Positions 9,414 through 19,545 of a stretch of DNA of 64,000 nucleotides are shown here, one piece after another. Both the position numbers and the translations under genes were made by a program. The notes beneath the pieces are model-generated. The model was not told where the DNA came from and did not search any database. It saw nothing but the letters and a program-made list of their open reading frames with translations. The DNA comes from a virus (Duplodnaviria; Caudoviricetes): IMG/VR virus record IMGVR_UViG_3300049456_000054, positions 2,053 through 66,052 of that record; one strand, given 5' to 3'. Within the stretch, counting starts at the first letter, position 1; each line of letters starts with the position of its first letter.

Positions 9414-10535
9414 TCAGGGAATGACGGGGGCGAGCATGGCGAGCAGGTCCGTCTGCGTCCCGGCCCAGTCCTGCCCGGCCGTCAGGCTGAACGCCTCCCG
9501 CTGCCCGGCCTGCATCTTCACCGTGTTGGTGACCGGCTCGGTGCCGAGGACGGCGGTCGCGGACAGTTCCCACCAGCACCAGTGCAGCCCCCGGTCGGCG
9601 ATGTAGCTGACGATCTGGGGCAGCCATCCGGCCTGCATCGCGGCGAGGGGCACGTCGGTGTTCGCGCCGAATTCCCCGACCCACAGCGGCGCGGTGCCCG
9701 CCTGGGCGAGGTAGCCGGCGGCGGTGTCCATCTGCTGGTAGTAGTCCGCCTTGGACTGCCCGGCCGGGTGGAACCACGGGTAGTCGTGGATGGACGCGAC
9801 GACGCCGGCGCCGGTCACCGGGTGCGCCGCCCACCCGGTGAGGTCGGCGGCGTAGCCGAGGCCCTCGCAGAAGCACAGCGCGCCGGGGTGGACGGCGCGG
9901 ATCCGGCCGATGGTCGACTGGTACATGGCCCGGATGTCGGTCGGGAAGCTGCCGCCGTTCCCGGTCCCCCACGTCGGGGTCCGCAGCTGCCCGCCGATCG
10001 TCGCGGGGCGCGGCTCATTATGCAGGTCGTAGCCGACCAGCGGGTTCCCGGCGAGCATGCCCGCGACCAGCAGCCACGTGTTCGTGAAGGTGGCCGACGG
10101 CCAGTTGTCGTTGTACCACAGGCCCGCGTTGTCGGCCTGTGAGCAGCACCACCCTGGCCATTTGAGGTGCGCGTTGGGGATGGCGTACAGGCCGGCGGCG
10201 GTGATGTCGGCGATCAGCTGCGCGTAGACGCCGGCGGGGGTCATGCCTTGCAGGTCCGGGTTCGCGGCGAGCCGGGATGCTTTCGCCGGCACGGTCTTCG
10301 GGGTGCCGCTGGAGTTGACGAAGGTGCCGAGCGCGAACGGGACCCGGACGTGGTTGAGGCCCCAGCCGGCGATCCGGGCGATGATCTCGGCCCGGGGCAG
10401 CTTGTCGAGGCCGTAGGGGATGCATTCGTCCTGCTGGGCGCCGCCCCAGTTGACTCCGGCGAGCCGGACGGGGGTCCCGGCGGCGTCGAGGATCGCGGAG
10501 CCGGATACGGACAGGGGCCCGGCCAGCGCGGTCAC
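9414..10535 (-). CDS. glycoside hydrolase family 5 (cellulase-like)
   Basis: GVNW, NHVRVPF, YDLHNEP (acid/base Glu), HDY, WVGEFG (nucleophile Glu); GTGA overlap with upstream tail gene. Confidence 0.9.
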   Translation of the reverse strand: MTALAGPLSVSGSAILDAAGTPVRLAGVNWGGAQQDECIPYGLDKLPRAEIIARIAGWGLNHVRVPFALGTFVNSSGTPKTVPAKASRLAANPDLQGMTPAGVYAQLIADITAAGLYAIPNAHLKWPGWCCSQADNAGLWYNDNWPSATFTNTWLLVAGMLAGNPLVGYDLHNEPRPATIGGQLRTPTWGTGNGGSFPTDIRAMYQSTIGRIRAVHPGALCFCEGLGYAADLTGWAAHPVTGAGVVASIHDYPWFHPAGQSKADYYQQMDTAAGYLAQAGTAPLWVGEFGANTDVPLAAMQAGWLPQIVSYIADRGLHWCWWELSATAVLGTEPVTNTVKMQAGQREAFSLTAGQDWAGTQTDLLAMLAPVIP

Positions 10536-11032
10536 GCGATCCTGCGCAGGATCAGGCAGGACTGGGCCTTGACGGTGGTGGAGGTGGCGTTGGAGGCGAC
10601 CTGCGCCCACTGGAGCTGCATGTTCCCGGCGTTGACCCCGGCGACGATGCTGCCGATCATCGACGCGGCCATCAGGGTGCCGGTGCCGAGACTGTTGGCG
10701 TTGGGCGTGTCCCCGGCGATGTTGGTCAAATGGACGACGGCGGAGCCGCCGGTGCCCTGGAAGATGGACTGATACCGCATGGTGGTCCCGGTGGGGACGA
10801 TCCACCGCCACTGGATCTGCCCGGCGGCGTTGGCGCCGGTGTAGTCGAGGTAGCACTCGAACTGGTAGGTTCCGGCGGCGACGATGGGGACGAACAGCTC
10901 GGTGTCGTTGACCATCGCGGTGCTGGAGGTGACGGACTGGTCGGCTGTCTTGACGGCGGCCACCGGGATGAACCAGCTGTTCACGTCGCTGGCGCTGAGG
11001 ACCTGCCCGACCGACCAGCTGGGTACCGGCAT
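10532..11032 (-). CDS. minor tail protein
   Basis: WSVGQVLSASDVN N-terminus, LQWAQ motif; follows tail genes. Confidence 0.65.
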   Translation of the reverse strand: MPVPSWSVGQVLSASDVNSWFIPVAAVKTADQSVTSSTAMVNDTELFVPIVAAGTYQFECYLDYTGANAAGQIQWRWIVPTGTTMRYQSIFQGTGGSAVVHLTNIAGDTPNANSLGTGTLMAASMIGSIVAGVNAGNMQLQWAQVASNATSTTVKAQSCLILRRIA

Positions 11033-11070
11033 TCAGTTCTCCTCGCTGCGGGTGGTGAGACGATGGCGGC

Positions 11071-11286
11071 ATGGAACCGTGCAGCTGCCAGTTCGATCCG
11101 TACGACCCGGCCGATTACGGGCCCGGCGAGGAGGTCGAGGAGTCGTGGCACTACCGCCGTGTGTGCGAGTCCTGCGGCACGGTGTGCTGGTCGCTGCACT
11201 GCCCGCACGACGGTGCCCAGGCAAAGTGCCCGGGATGCGGGCGCCGTCTGGCGGAGGTCGGCCCGGTAGGAGCAGGGCATGGATGA
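11071..11286 (+). CDS. small Cys-rich protein (moron)
   Basis: several CxxC motifs; counter-oriented in the tail region. Confidence 0.55.
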   Translation: MEPCSCQFDPYDPADYGPGEEVEESWHYRRVCESCGTVCWSLHCPHDGAQAKCPGCGRRLAEVGPVGAGHG

Positions 11287-11599
11287 GTGGGTGGCGTTCC
11301 TGAAGGCCCGGCTGGACGAGGAAGAGCCTCCGGAGATATGCGGCTGCCTGGACGTCAACCACTGGCCGCCCTGCACTCCGCAGCCTGCCGCCGAGCGCAA
11401 GCGCCGCGAGATCAAGGCCATGCGGGAGATCCTGGCCATGGCCGAAGAGCAGGCCGGCCGTGAGTTGCCCGAGGGCGTGCACGACGGACGCGACCCGGAC
11501 GAGCGGGAGCGGGACGAGGACCTGGCGGCCATGCTCGGTGAGGTCGTGCGTATCCACGCCGGCATCTGGGACGGCCACCCGGCCTACCCCGGCCGCTAG
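11279..11599 (+). CDS. DUF6221-like protein
   Basis: VAFLKARLDEEE N-terminus and WDGHPAY C-terminus. Confidence 0.6.
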   Translation: MDEWVAFLKARLDEEEPPEICGCLDVNHWPPCTPQPAAERKRREIKAMREILAMAEEQAGRELPEGVHDGRDPDERERDEDLAAMLGEVVRIHAGIWDGHPAYPGR

Positions 11600-13164
11600 A
11601 AAGTCAGCGCGTTGAAGTTGAGCCGCCCGAGCGTGGCGTTATCCAGGGTGAAGAACGACCCGTACTTATCGGCCGACTGAAGCGTCCACGTCGTCAGCCA
11701 GCTTGACGCCGGCGAGTCCCACACGTGGGTGATCCCGGCGATGAAGCAGTCCTTGACGATCGGGGTGGCGACCCCGGCGGGTCTCACGTGCACCTGGATG
11801 CGGTCGCCCATCTCCCGGCCGAGGACCTGCGGCCACAGGTTGTACGGGTCGGCGGCCGGGTCGACCTGGATGGTCTCGAACCGGTCCTCGCCGCCCTTGG
11901 ACACGTACAGGACCCACTGCGCCCAGCTGAGCGCGTCCGGGTCGCCTTGCAGGATCAGGTCGGCCCGGGCGTAGGTCCGCGGGAACAGGTACTTCGCGAT
12001 CGACGCGGTGTCCTTGATTTCCTGGAGCCCGCCGCTGACCCGGGTGGCCTGCACGTCGTTGGCGATGGTGGTGTCGTCGCTGGCCCGCCCGATCGCCGCG
12101 CACGCCAGCTGCGGCGCCACCTGCGTCACCACGTCCGGCGCGGCCAGGATCACCCCGGCCGCCGGCGTGATGCTGATGTTGTTGAACCCGGCGAACGGGC
12201 CTCCGACCGCGGTGACGGTGAACACCCGGTCCGGGTTGAGGGCGTCGGTGAGCCAGTCCCCGGCGGTGATGAGGGCGGCCTGGCTGGTGGCCACGATGAA
12301 GTAGGTGCCGTCGGCGGGGGTGCCGCTGGCCGTGAACGACCAGGCGTTGCCGCCCCCGGCCGGGGCGCCGGGCAGGTCCCCGAAGGTGGCCTGCACGGTG
12401 TTGCTGCGCGAGTCGGTGAGCAGGGACCTGCGGTTCCGGAACACGATCGCCCCGGCCCCGTTGACGTACAGCCGGCCGATCTCGGAGTCCGCGGCGACCT
12501 GCATGAGGGACAGCGCGTCGGAGCCGAGGGTGGTGCCCTGCAGCAGCGAGTTCCCGGCGTCGATCAGGAGCCGCTCGCTGCTGGTGTACCAGCCGACGCG
12601 GCCGAGGATGTCCCGCATCCGCGCGCCGGTATCGGCCCCGACCCCGGTGATGCCGACGGCGGCGAGGGTGACCCCGGCGAGGATCTTGAACGCGTCAGTG
12701 CCCGCCACGGTGAGCTCCGCGTAGCCGCCCTCGTAGGTGACCTGGGCGGGGATCCACCCGTCGGCGAACCCGGAGTACAGCCCGTAGGCCACGGTGGCGA
12801 AGACGGCCCGGACCCGGACGGGCACCATCGGGACCAGCTGGGTGGCGCCGCCGGTGACGTACGGGCCGGCCAGGTTGTCGGGGTCGAACTGGCCCGTGGA
12901 GTTGTCGAGGAGGATGGAGACGGTGCCGGCCTGGTAGTTCCACAGCGGCCCCTGCAGCCGCGTGCTGGGCCGGGTGATGGTGAAGGAGATGACCTGCGCG
13001 GAGATGTCGGTCCAGCCGATGGCGGTGCCGAGGGTGTCGGTGTCGAGGATCCCGAAGACGGGGTCGGAGAGGCGCAGGGCGAGGCCGGCCTGCCCGGCGG
13101 GCGCGTCGGGGATGAGGCCGGCTTCGACGATGATCTGCGGCAGGACCGGCAGCGGCGTGGTCAC
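11596..13164 (-). CDS. minor tail protein
   Basis: large ORF directly after the tape measure; LDNSTGQFDP motif. Confidence 0.75.
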   Translation of the reverse strand: MTTPLPVLPQIIVEAGLIPDAPAGQAGLALRLSDPVFGILDTDTLGTAIGWTDISAQVISFTITRPSTRLQGPLWNYQAGTVSILLDNSTGQFDPDNLAGPYVTGGATQLVPMVPVRVRAVFATVAYGLYSGFADGWIPAQVTYEGGYAELTVAGTDAFKILAGVTLAAVGITGVGADTGARMRDILGRVGWYTSSERLLIDAGNSLLQGTTLGSDALSLMQVAADSEIGRLYVNGAGAIVFRNRRSLLTDSRSNTVQATFGDLPGAPAGGGNAWSFTASGTPADGTYFIVATSQAALITAGDWLTDALNPDRVFTVTAVGGPFAGFNNISITPAAGVILAAPDVVTQVAPQLACAAIGRASDDTTIANDVQATRVSGGLQEIKDTASIAKYLFPRTYARADLILQGDPDALSWAQWVLYVSKGGEDRFETIQVDPAADPYNLWPQVLGREMGDRIQVHVRPAGVATPIVKDCFIAGITHVWDSPASSWLTTWTLQSADKYGSFFTLDNATLGRLNFNALTF

Positions 13165-15734
13165 CGGGGTGTCACGCCGGCCGGGTAGATCCGGCCGCCG
13201 CCCTTGACGTGCGCGCCGAGGTAGTCGGCGAGCTGGCGGCCGATGTCACGCGGACTGGAGCCGACCGGTGCGTGGACGTGGACGGTGATGTACGTGTTCC
13301 CGCCGCCGCCGCGGCCGGACCCGGCGTGCACCGGGGCAACCTGCTCGCCGCCGCGGAACCGCATCAGCTCCGGGCCGCGCTCACCGACCCACGCCCACCC
13401 GGGCGCCGCTGAGCTCGTCCCGTACCCGTAGCCGTGGCCGGAGCCGATCTGTCCCGCGCCGGTACCGAACCCGCGGCCGTTGTGCGCCCCGTAGTTGAGG
13501 GCGGCGGCGACGTTGGCGAGCGGGTCGTAGATGTTGAACGAGGTGCCGGGCCAGTGCCAGCGCAGGAACGTCGACATGATCGTCTGCATCAGCCCGCGGG
13601 ACGGGTCTCCTGCGGCCGCGTTCGAGTCGGTCAGGTTGATGGCGTTCGGGTTGCCGCCGGACTCGGTCTGCATCTGGTAGAGCACTTCGAGGATGTAGAA
13701 CGGGTTGAGGTGCTCCATGGCCAGGGCCTGCCTGACGAGCCCGGCCCAGCGGCCGACGCCCGAGCCGACGTTGGGGACATTGGCGCCGAACCCGGTTGAC
13801 TTGGCCGCCGACTGCGCCGCCCGCATCGCGTTCAGCGCGGCCTGCGCGGTGTTCTGGGCGATCGCGGTCAGCGTCGCGTCGATCCGGCCGCCTGTCCAAC
13901 TGGGCAGCCCGGATACGTGCCCCGGCCCGTAGGAGCCGGCCACCCCGCCGGACGCGAACCCGGGGATCCCGGCGGCGTGCAGCGCCGGGGCCAGCATCGG
14001 CCCCTTCTCGGGCGGGACGAAGATCTCCCCCGGCTTCGTCATGACCAGTACGCTGTCCCGGCCCGGGATGCCGGCGGAGAACGGCACCCGGCCGCCGCCG
14101 GCGAACCCGCCCGGCGCGGCGCCGATGTTCTGCGGGCCGTGCGCCACCCCCGGCGTGATCGTGGTCCCCGTCACCGACCACTTCCCGGTGCCGGTGACGT
14201 GGATGGGCGTGCTGATGAACTTGATCAGCTCCAGCTGGTGCAGGTAGGCGTCTAGCGTCTTGACTTCCTGCCAGTACTGCCTGTTCTTCGTCTTGGCGGA
14301 GTCCAGCGCGGGCAGGCCGTTGCGGATCGCGGTGATGGCGGCGTCGGTGCCGTGGCCGCTCTTGACCGCCGTCGTGGCCTGCCGGGCCAGGTCCCCGATG
14401 TAGGTGTTGGCCGCGCCGAAACTGTCCCGCTGGGCCTGGGTGTGCAGGCCGACCTGACCGGCGGACGCCTTCAGCTTCTGCCGGAACGTCTCCGCGTCAT
14501 TCGCCGAGGTCAGGATGTCGTTCCCGTAGGCCAGCTGGGCGGACACCGCCGCGTTCTGGGCGGTCGCCAGGTTCGTGGTGGCCTTCGCGGAGGCCTGCAC
14601 CCACTGGGCGTAGGACTGCGCCTTCGGCCATGCCCCCTTGAACGCGTCACCCGCGCGGCCGGTGCTCTGGCCGGCCTTATCCGACGAGGTGCCCATCTTG
14701 TCTAGCGCGCCCTTGAGCTGCCCGGCCGCCTTCACCCCGGGGAACATCTGCTCGAACGCCTTCTCGGCGGCGTGGCCGAACCGGCCGAGGAGGCCGGTGT
14801 TGTTCGACACGGCGGCGGCGTGCTGGTGCTCCCAGGCGACCGCGGTCGTCCCGGCGTTGACCAGCTTCAGGATCGCGTCGGTGTCCTTGAGGAACCCCTC
14901 GGCGAGCGGCTGCAGCTGGGTGAGGATCGGCGGGATGTCGTCGGCCAGCTGCACGAAGACGTTGCCGAGGAGCTGCATGTCGGGTCCGGCGGTGCGGGCC
15001 ATGAAGCCGAAGAAGTCCTGCCACGTGCCGGACTGGAATTCGGCGTCGATCTGGCCGAGGACCCCGTCGAGTGCCTTGCCGGTGGCGGCGGCGATCGGCT
15101 GGATGTCGTGCAGGAGGTGCCCGGCGAGGCGGACGCCGCTGCCGAACGCGTCCAGCACCTCGGGCTGCAGCGACTCGGAGAACGAGCGGAACTCGTCCTT
15201 CAGCGGGGCCAGCTCCGTCTTCATCAGCTTCGCGTTCTTGGACACCCCGAACGCGGCGAGGCCGAGGCCGCCGAGGCCGATGCCGAGGGTCGCGATCACC
15301 GGGGACAGGATCACCCCGGCGCCGATGAGGGCGCCCATGCCGCCGGGCCCGGACAGGCCGCCCGCGCCGAGCGCCGACGTGGCGGCCTCCGCGGTGCCGC
15401 CCTTGCCGCCGAGCTTGTCCAGCTCGAGGTCCACCGCGGATATCTCGGCGATGGCCCGGGCCACGCCCTCGATGCGCAGGTTCGGCGACGCGACCCGCTT
15501 GTCCAGGGTGATCAGCCGGGAGTCCATCTTGTCCAGGGCCGCCTGGGCTTCCTTGTCCCCGGCCAGCTTCACCCGGGCTTCGACCGACTTGCGGGACAGC
15601 TCGTTCAGCCGCTGCGTCAGGGTGTCGGTGTCCTTCGCGGCCCCTTCGGCGGTCCGCCCGATCTTCCCGATGCCCTCCGATGCCCTATCGCGGACGAGGA
15701 GGTCGAAAACCAGAGACTCGACGTTGCCGGACAC
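13161..15734 (-). CDS. tape measure protein with lytic transglycosylase domain
   Basis: 857 aa Ala-rich helical protein; QTESGGNPNAINLTDSNA...GLMQ. Confidence 0.9.
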   Translation of the reverse strand: MSGNVESLVFDLLVRDRASEGIGKIGRTAEGAAKDTDTLTQRLNELSRKSVEARVKLAGDKEAQAALDKMDSRLITLDKRVASPNLRIEGVARAIAEISAVDLELDKLGGKGGTAEAATSALGAGGLSGPGGMGALIGAGVILSPVIATLGIGLGGLGLAAFGVSKNAKLMKTELAPLKDEFRSFSESLQPEVLDAFGSGVRLAGHLLHDIQPIAAATGKALDGVLGQIDAEFQSGTWQDFFGFMARTAGPDMQLLGNVFVQLADDIPPILTQLQPLAEGFLKDTDAILKLVNAGTTAVAWEHQHAAAVSNNTGLLGRFGHAAEKAFEQMFPGVKAAGQLKGALDKMGTSSDKAGQSTGRAGDAFKGAWPKAQSYAQWVQASAKATTNLATAQNAAVSAQLAYGNDILTSANDAETFRQKLKASAGQVGLHTQAQRDSFGAANTYIGDLARQATTAVKSGHGTDAAITAIRNGLPALDSAKTKNRQYWQEVKTLDAYLHQLELIKFISTPIHVTGTGKWSVTGTTITPGVAHGPQNIGAAPGGFAGGGRVPFSAGIPGRDSVLVMTKPGEIFVPPEKGPMLAPALHAAGIPGFASGGVAGSYGPGHVSGLPSWTGGRIDATLTAIAQNTAQAALNAMRAAQSAAKSTGFGANVPNVGSGVGRWAGLVRQALAMEHLNPFYILEVLYQMQTESGGNPNAINLTDSNAAAGDPSRGLMQTIMSTFLRWHWPGTSFNIYDPLANVAAALNYGAHNGRGFGTGAGQIGSGHGYGYGTSSAAPGWAWVGERGPELMRFRGGEQVAPVHAGSGRGGGGNTYITVHVHAPVGSSPRDIGRQLADYLGAHVKGGGRIYPAGVTPR

Positions 15735-15756
15735 GGAGCCCCTCTCTTGCCGCTGG

Positions 15757-16230
15757 TCAGGACGTGATCTGCTTAGCGGTCTCGGCCAGCGCCTGCATCA
15801 CCTTGGCGCGGACGTCGGGCCGGGCGTCGCGGCACGCGTCGGCGAAGAACCCGGGCCGCATCCCGCCGGCCTGCCGGTTCGACCAGTTCCACGTCTTCCG
15901 CGCGCCCTGCGCGTAGACGGGGTGGTTGATGAACCCGTCGTCGAGCAGGACGATCTTCCGCTTGTGGTCGCGTGCCTTCGCGCGGACCTCGATGCGGGGG
16001 TCGGCGCCGAAGCGGCCGGCGACCCGGGCGGACAGGTCGGCGGCGAGCACCGCGGCGTACCGGTCGGGCAGGTACGGCTTGAGGTGCTCGACGTCGCTGA
16101 TTTTCCTGGCGAGGGGCTCGGCGGCGTCGGTGAGGGCTTTCATCAGCTCTTTGCGGAGGCCCCGGCCGTCCTTGCCTGCCTCGCGGAGCCGGGTGGCGAT
16201 CCGGTGCAGGTCAGCGCCCCCGTCTGGCAT
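15757..16230 (-). CDS. virion morphogenesis protein (HK97 gp10-like)
   Basis: basic protein with LDDG...HPVY...PGFF; position before the tape measure. Confidence 0.5.
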   Translation of the reverse strand: MPDGGADLHRIATRLREAGKDGRGLRKELMKALTDAAEPLARKISDVEHLKPYLPDRYAAVLAADLSARVAGRFGADPRIEVRAKARDHKRKIVLLDDGFINHPVYAQGARKTWNWSNRQAGGMRPGFFADACRDARPDVRAKVMQALAETAKQITS

Positions 16231-16301
16231 GACGGACCCTCCGCTTGCGTTCGTGGTACCAAACTGGTACCGTTCAGGTACAATATAGAGAGGGCAGCGA
16301 A

Positions 16302-16487
16302 ATGCCTCAGATCATGCGCTACAAGATCACCGCGACCGTTGAGTTTGATGCGGACGGTCCCTACAGCTACAGCGAGGCGGTCCAGCTCGCGGATGTGCGA
16401 CTTGCACGGCTGGACATGCCGGGCGACAAGTCGCTCAACGGCATCAAGCAAGTGAAGATCGTGGCACTCAACGCAGAGCGAAAGTGA
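16302..16487 (+). CDS. small hypothetical protein (moron)
   Basis: TACAAT -10 and GAGAGGG RBS upstream. Confidence 0.55.
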   Translation: MPQIMRYKITATVEFDADGPYSYSEAVQLADVRLARLDMPGDKSLNGIKQVKIVALNAERK

Positions 16488-16493
16488 GGACCG

Positions 16494-16748
16494 GTGACCC
16501 AGATCCGTCCCCGCCTCGATGATGACCTCGCCGCCGACGTGCAGGCATACGCGGAGGAATGGCACATCAGCTTCAACGCCGCCGTAACAATCCTGCTGCG
16601 GCAAGCGCTCCAGACGGCGCCCAGGGTGACCGTGCAGGCCGGCGACGCGACAGATGCGCTGGCCGGCCTGAAGGAGCAGCTAGAGACCGTGAGCAGGAAG
16701 GAGACGTCGCGAGGGTCGACAGCGGGCAAGGAGCGGGCAAAGCGGTGA
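16494..16748 (+). CDS. ribbon-helix-helix protein
   Basis: QIRPRLDDDLAADVQAYAEEWHISFNAAVTILLRQAL. Confidence 0.65.
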   Translation: MTQIRPRLDDDLAADVQAYAEEWHISFNAAVTILLRQALQTAPRVTVQAGDATDALAGLKEQLETVSRKETSRGSTAGKERAKR

Positions 16749-16766
16749 GAGCAGGCGTATCTGCTC

Positions 16767-17317
16767 TTAGCCCGGAGTCTTGGACTGCCTGGCTAGGTGC
16801 GCGTCGGCGTCCGCTTTGAAGATGAGCCAGTCTTGCCACGTGAGCCGTTCCCATTCCCACGGCCTGATGCCGTAACGGGTGGCGAAGAGGGGCTTGTAGG
16901 CCGCGGCGGCGTCGAGCCGGCTGCCCCGGAGGGGGCTTCCGGCGCGTCCGCGGCGCGGGTAGGGCCCGCCCCGTTCGCCCCGTTCGCGTCGGCGATGCGT
17001 TTCGTCAGCTCGGCCGCCGCCTCGTCCGGGGTGTACTCGGTGTCGTCGTCGTGGAGCGGCACCACCTCAAGGTCGGCGGCGGCGAATTCCATCGTGGCGA
17101 AGTCGGACGGCTGCCCGGCCCGCTTCCGCAGGACGTGGAGGAGGGCGGCGATGGCGGTGATGGAGTACCGGCCGAGCTGCTGTTCCCATTCGGCGTAGGA
17201 CAGGCTGGTGGCCTTTTCGATCTCCTGGACCTCGCGAAACATGAGCGTCGCGCGGTCGTAGACGTGCCGCTCGTCGCCCAGCTTGACGGCGACCCTGGGC
17301 CAGATGCTGAAGATCAA
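16767..17317 (-). CDS. tail assembly chaperone with probable -1 frameshift extension
   Basis: between major tail and tape measure; 0-frame stops at 16793, -1 frame reads YKPLFATRYGIRPWEWERLTWQDW to a stop at 16767. Confidence 0.7.
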
Positions 17318-17331
17318 ATGGCGCCTTTCTG

Positions 17332-18426
17332 CTAAATGGCGCTGCTCTCTTTCGAGACCAATTTTACTTGGATAACTGGATTACTGGTACCGTCATCATA
17401 AGCCTGGAACCCAATTGACTGCGGGATTACATCGGGGCCATTTACATTAATGGAACCCGACTTGAACTTGACGGCCGGCAAAATGAAGGACAGCCGGTAG
17501 GGGTTGGGGCCGGCGTTGACGCCGTTGGCGTCGAGCCCGGCCGCGTCGAACTTGGTGAAGTCGAGCTGCAGCGTCGTCGTGGTCCCCAGCTTGAACACGT
17601 CGTACAGCTCGGTGCGGCTGAAGAATTCCGTCGTGAGCGTCCCGGTGATCGTCGGGATGGCGTTCTCGATCGGCTCGCCCTTCAGCCCGGAGTTCCCGAG
17701 CCCGTACCGGTCGACCTTCATCGGGGTGCTGCCCGCGATGGTGATCCCGGTGACCCGGGAGCCGACCGCGACGCCGGTCGCGACGGTGGTCTCGCCCGCG
17801 CTGGTGGTGGCGGTGCCTCCGATCGTGAACACGGACGCGTTGGCGAAGGAGAACAGGCCATTGGGCGTCGGGTAGCTGGCCGCCGCCAGTCCGGTGGACG
17901 TGAGCTCGGTCTGCCCGTCGAGGGTGACCTTCAGCTGGGCGATCTGGTTGTCTGAGCAGGAGAATTCCCAGTCGGTGCATTTCACCCCGGTGTAGGTGAA
18001 CGGCTGGACGGTGACTCCGGAGATCTGGGGGCGGCCGACCTGGCAGGTGATGAACTGGCCGGCTTTTGACCCGTTGGTGTGGACCTGCTTGAACGCGGTG
18101 CCCAGGACGACGGTCGGGGTGGTCAGGGCGGAGCCGAGTGCCCACTTCCACCAGAACCCCATCGAGTCGGCGACGGCGTTGGCGGCCTCGCCGGAGGTGT
18201 GTTCCATGGTGAGGTCGCCGTTGACGTCGAACTGGGAGACGACGGTGCGGGACGCCCTGTTGTACGCCTGCCCGGCCTTAAGTCCCTGGCCGTCGAGCCA
18301 CGCCGGGTTGTACTGGAAGTTCTCGGACAGGAATTCGTAGAAGTGGGTGACGGTGACCGGGGTGCCGTACACGGACTCCGCCACGGCTCCGACCTGTCCG
18401 CTTAGACCCGACGCATAGGTGGGCAT
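17332..18426 (-). CDS. major tail (tube) protein
   Basis: GAVAESVYGT N-terminus, YTGVK, Thr-rich; expected position. Confidence 0.8.
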   Translation of the reverse strand: MPTYASGLSGQVGAVAESVYGTPVTVTHFYEFLSENFQYNPAWLDGQGLKAGQAYNRASRTVVSQFDVNGDLTMEHTSGEAANAVADSMGFWWKWALGSALTTPTVVLGTAFKQVHTNGSKAGQFITCQVGRPQISGVTVQPFTYTGVKCTDWEFSCSDNQIAQLKVTLDGQTELTSTGLAAASYPTPNGLFSFANASVFTIGGTATTSAGETTVATGVAVGSRVTGITIAGSTPMKVDRYGLGNSGLKGEPIENAIPTITGTLTTEFFSRTELYDVFKLGTTTTLQLDFTKFDAAGLDANGVNAGPNPYRLSFILPAVKFKSGSINVNGPDVIPQSIGFQAYDDGTSNPVIQVKLVSKESSAI

Positions 18427-18665
18427 TACATCGCCTTCCCGCTGGTGTCATCCGTCTTGGCGCTGGCCTTGGCCTTGGCCGGGGCGGGGTCCCCCCACTT
18501 GTCCGGCGGCCACACGATGGCGAGGTAGCCGGGATCGCCGGGTGACGAGTCCGGGTCGTGGGCGGGCTGGAAGTCGGGGACCTCGACGGTTTCGCCGTCC
18601 TCGACGATCCGGTCGAGGAGCGGCACGTCCAGCGGCCCGCCGGAGATGTTCACCTTCATGGACAT
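18426..18665 (-). CDS. small virion-region protein
   Basis: coupled TAATG to the major tail gene. Confidence 0.55.
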   Translation of the reverse strand: MSMKVNISGGPLDVPLLDRIVEDGETVEVPDFQPAHDPDSSPGDPGYLAIVWPPDKWGDPAPAKAKASAKTDDTSGKAM

Positions 18666-18688
18666 GCGCGCTCCCGTACGGTGGTGTG

Positions 18689-19054
18689 GTGACCGACGTG
18701 AAAGCCCAGGAGATGAGCCTGGACGAGTGGCGTGAACTGCTTGAGCCGTACGGCTGGGCGGACATCACGACGCACGCCCCGGCGGTGCGGTTCCGGGTGG
18801 CGGCGCCCATCCTGGAGTGGGAGGTCCGCCTGATGCTCAAGCCGGACCGGGAGGTCAGCCAGCCCGGCGGCGAGTGGGCGGAACGCTCCCGCCTGCTCGA
18901 TCAGGCCGGCAAGGCCGTCGAGGCCGTGCGGGCCAGGGGGTACCGGCTGCCGGACGCGCCCCGTGTCGAGTTCGGCGGCGAGTACATGTACCTGCCGGGC
19001 GAGACGGATCCCCGCTGGGTGGCGGCGGCCGAGCTGCGTTTCACGGCCCGCTAG
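18689..19054 (+). CDS. hypothetical protein (leaderless moron)
   Basis: TACGGT 6 nt before GTG; counter-oriented. Confidence 0.55.
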   Translation: MTDVKAQEMSLDEWRELLEPYGWADITTHAPAVRFRVAAPILEWEVRLMLKPDREVSQPGGEWAERSRLLDQAGKAVEAVRARGYRLPDAPRVEFGGEYMYLPGETDPRWVAAAELRFTAR

Positions 19055-19545
19055 CCGCCGATACGGGCACGGAATACGAGGTCGAACGCGACCCGGGCGA
19101 TGGCGCCCCGGTCGGTGTTGTTCTGCAACAACGCCTGGCCGGTGATGCCGGGCGCGGGGTACAGCACGTTCCCGCCGAACTGGCTGGTGTCGGCCTGCAT
19201 GACCGTCTCGACGGCCGCCACGATGCCCGTCGCGGCGACGCGGACGGTTTTCATGTCGTCGGTGCCGGCCCACGCCTCGGCGCAGCAGTGGATGGTGACG
19301 GTCTCGTCCCGGCCGAGCCGCCCGAGCGCGGACCAGTCCTGGACCGATTCGGCGGCTGGCTCGGCGGCGCTGCTGTCGGGGTCGGAGAGGCCGATGAACA
19401 GTTTCAGCGGCGCGTCAAGCCCGGTGGTGGGCGGCCCGTCGTAGACGGTGACCGGCGGGACGGCGGCACCGATCGTGGCGGCGGCGGTGAACAGGCCGAC
19501 GAGGTAGTCGATGAGCGCGGGCATCCGCGAGGTGACCGTGGCCAC
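19051..19545 (-). CDS. tail terminator-like protein
   Basis: VTVYDGPP motif; position. Confidence 0.6.
   Translation of the reverse strand: MATVTSRMPALIDYLVGLFTAAATIGAAVPPVTVYDGPPTTGLDAPLKLFIGLSDPDSSAAEPAAESVQDWSALGRLGRDETVTIHCCAEAWAGTDDMKTVRVAATGIVAAVETVMQADTSQFGGNVLYPAPGITGQALLQNNTDRGAIARVAFDLVFRARIGG

Noticed and set aside
11725-16455. Long plus-strand ORFs 11725-13188 and 14638-16455
   Set aside because: Antisense to the minor tail and tape measure genes; no recognisable motifs
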